Assembly (NCBI GenBank): GCA_964016885.1
Contig: OZ024740.1
Coordinates: 308,512,001 to 308,576,000 of the forward strand
Direction: 5' to 3'
DNA length: 64,000 nucleotides
DNA from: Eledone cirrhosa
Lineage: Eukaryota
Shown here: piece after piece, positions 1 through 18,549 of the stretch
Position numbering within the stretch: position 1 is the first letter of the stretch
Layout of the letters: every line of letters starts with the position of its first letter
The notes under the pieces: model-generated
The model's input: the letters and a program-made list of their open reading frames with translations, nothing else
Database searches by the model: none
Told to the model about the DNA's origin: nothing
Made by a program: the position numbers and the translations under genes

Positions 1-224
1 AAACAGAAACGACTAGTGTGAGTTATGTGATAAAGGTGGTGGTGTATGTGTGTGAGAGAGATAGATAGATAGAGAGAGAGAGATAAAACAGTAAGAGGGG
101 GGAGAAAGGTATTAAATACCAGAAATAAAGTGAAAGAACACACACACATTTGGTTTGTCATTTGATTTAAATTATATATATATATACACACACACACACA
201 ATTTAAAATAGAAATGGCTTCTAC

Positions 225-305
225 AAGACTAGAACTGTTTCATTCGAAGGAAATGTATTGAGTACTTTACTCACCGTGGTTACCCCCGTTTGAACACGGG
301 ACTCA
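225..305 (-). mobile_element. Short TA-flanked element, family C (hairpin-GGTAACCAC-GTACTCAATAC)
   Basis: The minus strand reads gagtCCCGtgttcaaaCGGGggtaaccacggtgagtaaaGTACTCAATAC. Related copies lie at 4073-4135(+), 14890-15010(-) and 15570-15658(-). Confidence 0.55.
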
Positions 306-609
306 TATATATATATAATATATATATGAGAGAGAGAAGAGAACATGAGACTGTGGTAACAGCAGAGGCAGTAAAAGGAAGGAGCAGTGGTGTTATCTCC
401 AGAGAGAGAGAGAAACAGCACCAACAGAACAGTATTGAGTGCAATACACATAAGAGATATGTAATAAACGGTAACGGCAATAGAACATCATGAAGAAGAG
501 AGAAAGAATGAAAAGACGAGTGAATAAGTGTAGAAGAAAGAATGTTAGAGTGAAAAGACAAATGGTGACTCTAACAACAACAACCAAGAGTCCGAGTCAG
601 CGAGTAAGC

Positions 610-1468
610 TTCTACATAGTTGTTTGATATGCTAGAAATAGCTGCCAAATCTCCATTAAATCGCACCTATCGGCTTTAAAATAAGTGTGGGGGAGGGGCA
701 GATTCGATAATGTAGTCGTAGATACACTCAAAAAGACGGGATAGTCACGGCTGGAATATCTTTGATCATAGATCTGCTAAACATTAATCACCAGTAGTAA
801 TATTGATAGGAATTGCTTAAATAGTTAATAGTGGCATTGCAGACAGTCTGTCTCTCTCTCTTATATATATATATTTGTGTGTGTGTGTGTGTGCGTATGT
901 CTGGGAGGGTGTGTGTGCATACTATATAATGTATAACAAGACATGAAAGCGACCGTGCCGCCAACATTCCTTAATAGAAACAAAAACAATAAGAGAGAGA
1001 GAGAGAGAAAGAACTAGAAAGATTAACGTTACCAGCTCCTACAACAACAAAACTAACAAAAGACAAGCCACCAACGTTTTCCAACGTCACTAAAACCATG
1101 TAACACTGATAATATTAATAGCTAATAATAATTTTCATTATTTTTATTATTATTTTATATAATAATTAATCAATACGTGAATGAAGCGAATAAGTAGGTC
1201 CCCAATGATTAAACATTGGATTTCGACATTTGAAAAATAAAAAAAGCCATAAAAGATTTCCACGAAAAATCCATAGACACGACGAAATAGCATTTTAATA
1301 CATAAACCTTCATTGATTTTTGGTTGAAAGTTCTTTATATATATACATATTTTATCATTTTTCCAGGATTTCTCTTGTATTCAAATTTGTTTCATTAATC
1401 TATTATAAATTATATATAAATTACACACACACACACACACACATATATACACACAGACGCACACACAC

Positions 1469-1538
<70 letters not shown>

Positions 1539-3466
1539 ATATATATAAATACACACATATGTGTGTGTGAGCAATTTATGTAGATAAAATATATCAAAAA
1601 GAGTAACAAAGCAAGAAACTTATAAGATTACAACAGAGAGGCGAAGATTAACAACAAATATTACTACTGCTGCTATAACAACAACAACTACTGCTGCTGC
1701 TGTCGCCACTGCTGCTGCTGCAATACAACTATTAGTAGTAATATTACTACTACCGCTACCACATCTAGAAGTAGTGTAAGAGCAATAGTAGCAGCAGCAA
1801 CAAGAAGCAGAAGGGTCTTTAGTGTGCGTGTGATAAAGGACAGCTCCAGTAGTAAAATAAACATAAGAAGAACACTAGTAATAACGATTTGAACATTTGT
1901 AATAACTACAACAGTAGCATCAACAGTAGTAAACCCCTCCAGTCACTGTTTTAACAACCATCACCGCCCTCTTTTTTTGGCTTACTAAAAACAACCCGAC
2001 ATTATGCCTGAAAATATAACTGTGTCCGAATTTCTACGGGAGACGTGGGACGATTACCATTCGCCGACCACCTCTACCTTTGTTTCAAGAATGCCTCTCT
2101 GCAAAAATACCATCTCTGGCCTGGAAGAGGTAAGCAACTACCACCACTACCATTACACTATCATTACTACCGCATTATCACCATGCACATTTTACCACCA
2201 TCAACAACAACAACGAGCTAATGAACGAGTCTCTATGTGGTCGTTCCTCCTGTTAGAAAGAGCAGCTAATTTTCCCTCAATTTTCTCCCCTACTGTCTTT
2301 CCCAATGCAATTCATACATTAGATAATATAGTGGTACATACACATAAAGGCAAGATGATCATGGCTAGAATGTCTTTGATCATAGGTCTACTCCATCGGA
2401 GTTGACTTGGAGCTGAACAACAGCCATACAACTACTACCAGTAACAACATAACAGTACATCTCTATTATTAATAGTTATTACTCGTACTATATTAACACT
2501 ACAATTCATTCCAAACTACAACAGTATTACTATCATCAATAACTACTACAACCAAGATACTACCGCCACTTATGACATAAAATATCGTTATCATTAATAC
2601 CGCCAGTACATTACTACTACTACTACTACTACTACTGAACACTACACCACACTGATAAAACTACATAACACAACCACCAACACTATCTTACAATCACACT
2701 ACAACATAACTACAGCACAATCACCAATGCTACGTCACAACCACCGCCACACTTCAAAACTCAACATTACTACCATACAACACAAATTTTTTTTAGAGCC
2801 TCGATCTGCTAGAAATGGTTGACAAATTTTCCTCAAATCACACACCTTAAAAGAAAGGAAGGGCACATTGTGTGATGTAGTCCTGGGTAAACTATGTCTG
2901 AATATGAGACGGGATGGTCACAGCTGGAATGCACTTAACCAGAGGTTTCCTCGATCACGACTGACTTAGGGCTAAGCAACAACAAAAATTTCCCCAAATG
3001 TTGTAAATTAGAAGGGACACATAAAATGATGTAGTCAGAGATTACACTGTGTCCGAAAAGAAAGAGGGGATGATCACGGCTGGAAGGCTTTTGATCATAG
3101 ATCTGCTCAATTAGCCCCGATATGGGGCTAAACACTAACCCTACTACACACTATAACATCCACTAGCACTACCACACAACTGCTGCCGCAGACGTCAACC
3201 TTGTTGTATACTACAACGTATATCACCACTAACACTGCCACACGAGCGTAACAGATCATATACGTGGTCGCTGAAGCTGCTACAAATAGCAGTCAACTTC
3301 TTATAAATAACATCCTACCGTCTTAAAATAGGAAGGACACATTTGTTAATGTAATCCTTCACATGAAAAAAAACGAACAAAACAAAACAAAAAAAAAACG
3401 GGTGATTATGATTGGAATGCCTTTGATGAGGGTTGACCCAAGACTAGACTGCGACAACAACAACAA
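610..3466 (+). repeat. Cluster of five 5'-truncated copies of a SINE-like repeat (about 610-780, 2228-2425, 2800-2985, 2990-3140, 3265-3466)
   Basis: Shared body 'ctgctagaaatagcagccaaat..ccctcaaatc...gggatggtcacggctggaatgcctttgatcatag.tctgct...gctaaacaacaac'. The same body occurs at about 33780-33900, 47632-47735 and 58455-58655. Confidence 0.75.
2004..2129 (+). CDS. ASAP: First coding exon of an ASAP-family Arf-GAP (ArfGAP with SH3, ankyrin repeat and PH domain; start of the N-terminal BAR region)
   Basis: Translates to MPENITVSEFLRETWDDYHSPTTSTFVSRMPLCKNTISGLEE, which closely resembles the ASAP2/Drosophila Asap N-terminus as I recall it (MPDQISVSEF..ET.EDY..PT.SSF..R...CRNT...IEE). Homology ends exactly at a strong phase-0 donor, GAG|GTAAGC (2130). 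The rest of ORF 2004-2405 is intron read-through. Confidence 0.92.
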
Positions 3467-3875
3467 CCTTACTATACAGCTACTCCCACCAACACTGACA
3501 CTCAACTACTAACCCTATTACACAACCACATCCAACAACACTACCATACAAGTACTTTCAGAAACTGACCTTACTACACAACCACCAACACCACTATGTA
3601 ACTGACCTTAGACCTTATCTAACATACAACAGCGCCCCCATTTCCCCAATCACACTAATTAATATAATTATCCACAGGTGGGTTTGATAGGTTGTTGGTG
3701 TTTAATGGTGGTTTAATGTCTGTATTGTTATACAATTATTTATTATTAAACAATTATCATTGTACAACTATTTCTGAAATGTGTAACATATCTGCTTTAT
3801 GTATCTGAATATATTTAATGAGTGAGTGAGTGCTTGTATTTAATTGTTGTTTATACATCCCCCCCCACCTCCCCC

Positions 3876-3916
<41 letters not shown>

Positions 3917-4149
3917 AAAATAAAGAAAAACATCATTTCAGAAGGTAAATATTTATTGTACTGCTGGGATTATACTGTCGTACTACTCTGAGTTTTGCGA
4001 ATGTCGCTGGTCACGTTACGTGATTTAGCAAAATGCGAGAATATATACGAGTACTTTATATATATATATAATGTGTGAGCCCCTGGTTCATTCGGGGGGT
4101 AATCACTATAAGGTACTACTCAATAATACATTAGTAGAGTGTATATATT

Positions 4150-4345
4150 TATATACATATGTATAAATATGCATATACATATGTATAAATATGCATATAC
4201 ATATGTATAAATATGCATATACATATGTATAAATATGCATATACATATGTATAAATATGCATATACATATGTATAAATATGCATATACATATGTATAAAT
4301 ATGCATATACATATGTATAGATACACATATACATATGTATAGATA
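4150..4345. repeat. 22-bp minisatellite (TATACATATGTATAAATATGCA)n
   Basis: About 8 direct tandem units visible. Confidence 0.9.
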
Positions 4346-4570
4346 CACATACACATATATACATACAAATGTATGTATGTATATATATATATATACACAC
4401 ATATATATGTGTGTATGTGTGTGTATATATTCATATATGTGTGTGTGTGCATAGACATACACACACACACGAGCTGATACTTGTGAAAATTTCTTGATCT
4501 AATTAGAAACAACCACCAAGTATTAAAGATCAATATAATATTTTCAATGTTTTATTTATAGTTATTTATC

Positions 4571-12489
<7,919 letters not shown>

Positions 12490-12565
12490 TAACCCATTTA
12501 AAAGTAATAAATAAAAAGGGAAAAAAAAATATTTTTCTTCCTAATAATCGTCTTTTTCTCCATGT

Positions 12566-12623
<58 letters not shown>

Positions 12624-12822
12624 TAAAATAAATCGAATAAATTTAAACACATATCTCAATGGAATAATTTACACATTTATAATTTGAAGGTAAACAATAT
12701 TTTACTTAAAAACAATTCATGCCCTCCCCCTCCCAGACATATACTCACCATCCTCTTTCCATACATAATATAACGTGGGATTTCGGCATTGCTGCCACAA
12801 CAAGCACTATCGTTGCCGCCGG

Positions 12823-13155
12823 TCTCTCTCTCTTTCTCTCTCTCTCTCCTTCTTCCTCTCTCTCTCTCTCCTTCTTCCCCCTCCCCACTCCCCCTCTCTC
12901 TCCTCCCCATTCTTCTCTCTACCGCCCTCTTCCCCCCTCTCTCCTCACTCGCCCTCTCTTCCCCCTCCCACCCCTCCTCACATCTCTTCCCCCTCTCTCC
13001 TCCCATCGCTTCGCCCTCTCCCTTCCCCTCTCTCTTTCTCTTCCCCCTCTCTCTTTTTCTCTTTTTATTTTCCTTTCTCTCTTTTCCTCTCTCTTTTCTC
13101 TCTTTCGCTTCCTCTCTCTCGCTTCCTCTCTCTCTTCTTCTCTCTCTCTCTCTCT
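12823..13155. repeat. Imperfect (CT)n polypyrimidine tract
   Basis: C/T-dominated low-complexity sequence. Confidence 0.9.
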
Positions 13156-13480
13156 TACTTGCCATCCCCTTTCCCCAACATGATCGACGTTTAAAAAAAT
13201 AATTTATCTTTTAGCTCTTTCTCCCCCACACACGTACGCTTTATCATCCCCTTTCCATTAAGACGGGAGATCTCCAACACCACCACCACCGCTCTCTTTC
13301 TCCCTCTCATACACACATACAGTCCTACCATCCTCTTTCCAGCGTAACAGATTTTTTTATACCATAAAAACACCAGCTTTAATGTAATAGATAGTAGATT
13401 AAAATCTCTCTCAATATATATATACAGAGAGAGAGGGTATATATATATATGTATATATATACAGAGAGAGAGAGAGAGAG

Positions 13481-13623
13481 GTCAGGATGGATTCAATTTG
13501 AAACTGGTTACACCATTATTCAACAGAGTACTCGATACTTGGGGTAGTAGAGTATAGTTATATTATAAAGAGTCGGGACCTGATGGCTGAGCTCTTGCCG
13601 TCGGGTCCCCACTCTTCATAATA
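13481..13623 (+). mobile_element. Short element, family B (GTACTCGATAC motif plus terminal hairpin)
   Basis: Motif at 13528-13538 followed by ttggggtagtagagtat, then an inverted repeat at 13561-13623. A reverse-complement homologue lies at 45010-45395 and a relative at 42681-42873. Confidence 0.7.
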
Positions 13624-14310
13624 TATATACATAGATACATAATCATGTAAAATGGTTAATGATAGGAAGGAAATTCATCTGTAGAAACCATGACTAAAAA
13701 GACACGATAATCTTTGTAGTGTCGGTGAAGGGATAACATTCTGTAAAGTGGTTAGTGAAAGGCTAAAAAAAAACAACTTGCGAAATGAAGGGTGAAGAGG
13801 ACACTTCAGTTGTGCCAAAGACATGACAACTCTCCTACTGGTGCAAAGCTAGAATGTACATGGGACACTCTGTAGAGCACGGTATGTGGGATGTGGGACC
13901 CTAGATCGTCCGAGAAGTCTGTAGATCTGATTGAAAATTGGTTTGTGAAGACCCGTCCAATACTTGTTAGCCGAGGAGGAGGGGGGGGGATGATGATGAT
14001 GATAGTAGAATATGATATGTGTATATCATCATCATCATTATTAAAATCCCGTTTTCCATGTTAGTAAGAGTTGAACATGTCGCCATAGACCGGTGAGAAC
14101 TCATGCGGGAGTCTCTGACCTCTACCAAGTGCATCTGATCGTGCCATGAATACTTGTGAGGTAGTTATGTTTTTTGGTATAGCAGAAGAGTCTTCGGTAA
14201 GATTATCTATTAACTGGTAGTCCTCAGCGAAATGTACATTACGGATTTTAATAAACCAAAACCAAATGAATATGGCCGCTGATTTATATATATATATATA
14301 TATATATATA

Positions 14311-14581
14311 AAGATGAAATCGAAAATGCAACCGAGGTCTTATTTAAAAAAATATATATATATTTATTTGGTTCCTTTACCGGTTTCGCAGTTCTTCTGC
14401 TTTTCAAAAGTAGAGTTGAGATGGAGGGTCTGTGGTTTTTCTGAGATGTGAGAAAAACCACAGAACCCCCCATCTCAACTCTACTTTTGAAAAGCAGAAG
14501 AACTGCGAAACCGGTAAAGGAACCAAATAAATATATATATTTTTTTAAATAAGACTCCGGTTGCATTTTTGATTTCATCTT
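14311..14581. mobile_element. Palindromic (fold-back) Penelope-like terminal repeat with a hammerhead-like motif in each arm
   Basis: About 130-bp arms that are near-perfect reverse complements, with a short spacer near 14443-14450. It directly follows (TA)n. A solo arm occurs at 17578-17705. Confidence 0.8.
14484..14519 (+). ncRNA. Minimal hammerhead-ribozyme variant (UUGAAAA core)
   Basis: ctt-TTGAAAA-GCAG(aagaa)CTGC-GAAA-CCGG-TA-aag gives stem I, a variant core, stem II, GAAA, a palindromic stem III and a GUA site. Confidence 0.55.
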
Positions 14582-14653
14582 TTTTTCTTTATACTTTCAC
14601 TCGTGTAGGACACCTCGATTATTTTTCATTTTGTAAAAAATCTTCGCTTTCTA

Positions 14654-14686
<33 letters not shown>

Positions 14687-14688
14687 TC

Positions 14689-14861
14689 CGTGTGTAGTTG
14701 ACGATCTAGAGGAAAGAGTACTGAATTCCGAAGTAGAATTTAAATATTCATTTTATTAAAGCTAAATAGTGAGTCTTGTTACTCTAGAGTTTCGCCTGGT
14801 GAGAAGCAGACGAAACTCTAGAGTAACGAGACTCACTATTTAGCCTTAATAAAATGAGTAT
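14689..14861 (+). mobile_element. Family A element with fold-back of the hammerhead 3' half
   Basis: 14690-14745 matches the reverse complement of 44945-45000. The hairpin at 14745-14861 contains GAAA-CTCTAGAG-TA-ac and AATAAA. Confidence 0.75.
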
Positions 14862-15019
14862 GTGTGTGTGTGTGTATATATATATATGATATCTCACGTA
14901 GAAATCATTTCTATAATAAAAAGAGAGAAGCTTATACTCGACTAACGTATTGAGTACCTTTTTTAACTGACGTGTCACCTCCCGATATACATCGGGAATC
15001 CACTTATTATATATTATAA

Positions 15020-15220
15020 TCTTGTCCAATGGGTAAGGCAAAAGCGGATACAGCCTGGCACCATTGTCGTCGCAACTCATTTCTACAACTAAGTAAACTG
15101 GAGGAACGTAAAATAAAGTGTCTTGCTCTAGGTCAGAACACCCACCCCTGGTCTGGAAATCGAACTCAAAACTTCACGATTGTGAGCTCAACGGTATAAC
15201 TACTAAACTACGCGCCTTCG
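15020..15220 (-). mobile_element. tRNA-derived SINE with CORE-like central domain (old copy)
   Basis: The minus strand has a B-box gagttcgatttcc and 'gagcaagacactttatttt...ctccagtttactt', similar to 52604-52943. Confidence 0.7.
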
Positions 15221-15224
15221 CGCG

Positions 15225-15231
<7 letters not shown>

Positions 15232-15268
<37 letters not shown>

Positions 15269-15475
15269 ACACCACACCACACCACACCACACCACACCAC
15301 ACCACACCACACCACACCACACCACACCACACCACACCACACCACACCACACCACACCACACCACACCACACCACACCACACCACACCACACCACACCAC
15401 ACCACACCACACCACACCACACCACACCACACCACACCACACCACACCACACCACACACACCACACACACACATA
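15232..15475. repeat. (CA)n plus (CACAC)n pentanucleotide microsatellite
   Basis: Read directly from the sequence. Confidence 0.95.
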
Positions 15476-15656
15476 TAATGTGTGTATGCATACCATAATC
15501 ATCCCACTGATTGAGTGCTCTTCAAATTTTTACCAAATTACACACACACACTATATATATATATATGAGAATCTCGTTTATATTAAAACTTTTATACTCC
15601 GCTATGTATTGAGTACCTTACTTACTGTGGTTACCTCCGATTCAACCCGGATAACT

Positions 15657-15700
<44 letters not shown>

Positions 15701-15939
15701 TAAAATAACAGATTAAAGTTTAAGCAAAGAATCGCTGCTTTCACCTTTAACGGGATCTTATATATTTGATATATATTTATCCTTATCGAGCCCTCTTTGG
15801 ATTTTAGTCTTCAAATTTTTATTATTATTATATATATATATATATATATAATGGAAAATTTGAACAGGAACAAAACAGAGAGGCAGTACAACGAATGTTT
15901 ATTAATTTCACGCTCTGGAGAGTGGGGTGGTGGTGGGGA

Positions 15940-15971
15940 ACGACGTTTCGGGCATAAGCCCTTCCTCAGGT
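15940..15971 (-). ncRNA. Minimal type-I hammerhead motif in a Penelope-like 3' end (element about 15851-16000)
   Basis: The minus strand reads ac-CTGAGGA-a-GGGC(ttat)GCCC-GAAA-CG-TC-gt, then AATAAA about 40 nt downstream, and ends in (TA)n. Confidence 0.7.
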
Positions 15972-16489
15972 GAGAAGTGTGTGGGAACAGAGTTCAAAGG
16001 GTGTGTAGGGGAGTGGTGGAGAGACATATAGCGAAAGGAAACGGTGCGAATGAAATTAAAAATAAAAATAAACCATGATCAAAATAAAAATAAATGAAAT
16101 AAAAATAAATATAAAAGCATGATCAAAATAAACTGAAATAGGGAGGGAGAGAGAGAGATTATCATTTAACGTCCGCTTTCTCTGCTAGCAAGGGTTGAAT
16201 GGGTCTTTACAGACCGATTCATTGTTCCAGCCGGGCAACTGATCTCGCTTACATGTATATTAAAGTGAAAGCAGCACATTGCAGGTTATGTCTTTGGCGT
16301 GCATATGTATGCATGCATATATTAAATTGAGAATTAAATGTTAAGAAAAAGGATTTATGAACGGCTTTTAATATTATAAATGTGCTGTATGTATGTCTGT
16401 ATGGTATGTATATATATATATATAAATACATATATATATATACACACACACACACATATATATATATGCATGTATATGTATATATGTAT

Positions 16490-17110
16490 TTATTATACTT
16501 GTATATATGTATTTTTATATATATATATACTTGTATATATGTATTTATATATATATATATATATACTTGTATATATGTATTTATATATATATATATACTT
16601 GTATATATGTATTTATATATATATATATACTTGTATATATGTATTTATATATATATATATATATACTTGTATATATGTATTTATATATATATATACTTGT
16701 ATATATTTATATATATATATATATATATATACTTGTATATATGTATTTATATATATATATATACTTGTATATATGAATTTATATATATATATATATACTT
16801 GTATATATGAATTGATATATATATATATATACTTGTATATATGTATTTATATATATATACTTGTATATATGTATTTATATATATATACTTGTATATATGT
16901 ATTTATATATATATACTTGTATATATGTATTTATATATATATATATACTTGTATATATGTATTTATATATATATACTTGTATATATGTATTTATATATAT
17001 GCATACTTTGTATATATGTATTTATATATATATAATACTTTGTATATATGTATTTATATATATATAATACTTTGTATATATGTATTTATATATATACATA
17101 CTTTATATAC
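16490..17110. repeat. Minisatellite TACTTGTATATATGTATT(TA)n
   Basis: About 20 tandem units with variable TA spacer. Confidence 0.9.
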
Positions 17111-17491
17111 ATGTATGTATTTATATATAAATACGTATATATATATATAAAAATAAATAAATACACACTCACATATAACAATAAGAATGGTAACAGTAGA
17201 AAGCTCAAATTCGTAAATTTCAAACTCAATGCGGTTTAATAGTCAGCTAATAGAACGAATAAATTCATCTAAGATATAATCCATATGGAATCAAGAATTA
17301 AAACATTAGGTAAACAGATCCTGGTTATTTAATGAGTCTAAATACACAGGATATTAATATGTAATAAAGCGAAAAATTCCAAGGGAATTTAAAACATTTT
17401 CATCATACGCGCGTTTTAACAATTGAAGTGCAAAGAGTATGGCTAATGGAAGATTTTCATTACAATGCAATCCAGTATGTAGAAGTGTGTG

Positions 17492-17577
<86 letters not shown>

Positions 17578-17583
<6 letters not shown>

Positions 17584-17705
17584 CGAAAATGCAACAGGAG
17601 TCTTATTTTTAGAAAAATATATATATTTATTTGGTTCCTTTACCGGTTTCGCAGTTCTTCTGCTTTTCAAAAGTAGAGTTGAAATGGAGGGTCTGTGATT
17701 TTTCT
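17578..17705 (-). mobile_element. Solo arm of the 14311-14581 family (hammerhead variant on minus strand)
   Basis: Near-identical to 14315-14442 and starts at a (TA)n edge. Confidence 0.8.
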
Positions 17706-17718
17706 CATAATTATAAAA

Positions 17719-18113
17719 GCGAGGAAAGATTTGACAAAGAATTACATATTTTTTCTTCTAAGTCCCTACTGCAGTTTCATCGACTGGTCTGCAGCAATAA
17801 TGTACCAGAGAAGTGCACCAACGCCGTCAGTTTATCGAATCTTCAAGGAGACCCCTCATTTTGTGGACTGTTTCCCGACCTGACCTTGTCCACGTGGTAT
17901 AGGTCTGTGGCGATTATTCCCGCAAGAGAAATAATCACTTTGTAACGGTCAAGTCAGAAAACAGTCCACAGCATGAGGGGTTTACTTGAAGATGCGACAG
18001 CCTCACGGCGTTGGTGCACTTCTCTGGTGCATCACTGCTGCAGACCAGTCGATGAAATTGCAGTAGGGACTTTGAAGAAAAAATAGGTAATTCTTTGTCT
18101 TTTTTTTCCTCGC
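17719..18113. mobile_element. Diverged palindromic element with hammerhead-like motif (expanded stem II) in each arm
   Basis: Arms 17719-17885 and 17947-18113 are imperfect reverse complements. Minus strand 17762-17853 reads gtctcc-TTGAAGA-tTCGA...TCGAt-GAAA-CTGCAG-TA-gggac. Confidence 0.7.
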
Positions 18114-18255
18114 ATTCATAATTTGATAATTAGCTCTGATTAAATGATTATTTTAATTCTTCTGTTTATTTTAACTCGTTCGGTCATTGCGCAACGCAGG
18201 TCAAGGTGGGACATTACACACACACATAGATGTGTCTGTGTGTATCTTATTACTT

Positions 18256-18300
<45 letters not shown>

Positions 18301-18457
18301 CGTTAGGCCATACTGGTTTAGCCTGAAGGTAACTAAACTACCAGATATAGAATGTCTATGTCCTATGCTAGTTGGCATTTGAAACCTCAGGTAGCATGCA
18401 TTTTTGTGTTGAAAACTAATTCATATAATATACTTTGGGTCTGTGTGTCTATATACA

Positions 18458-18549
<92 letters not shown>

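Noticed and set aside
2130-2405. C-terminal part of the 133-aa ORF
   Set aside because: It lies beyond the GTAAGC donor, has no ASAP similarity and overlaps a SINE fragment.
12677-13202. Arg/Glu-rich and Ser/Leu/Pro-rich ORFs
   Set aside because: Translations of the (CT)n tract.
13580-13586. CTGATGG as a hammerhead core
   Set aside because: It is the complementary arm of the hairpin, and there is no downstream GAAA.
15118-17150. HHTTP/VVWCG and YIC-repeat ORFs, and a CRISPR-like periodic look
   Set aside because: Micro- and minisatellites with no unique spacers, in a eukaryotic context with no cas genes.
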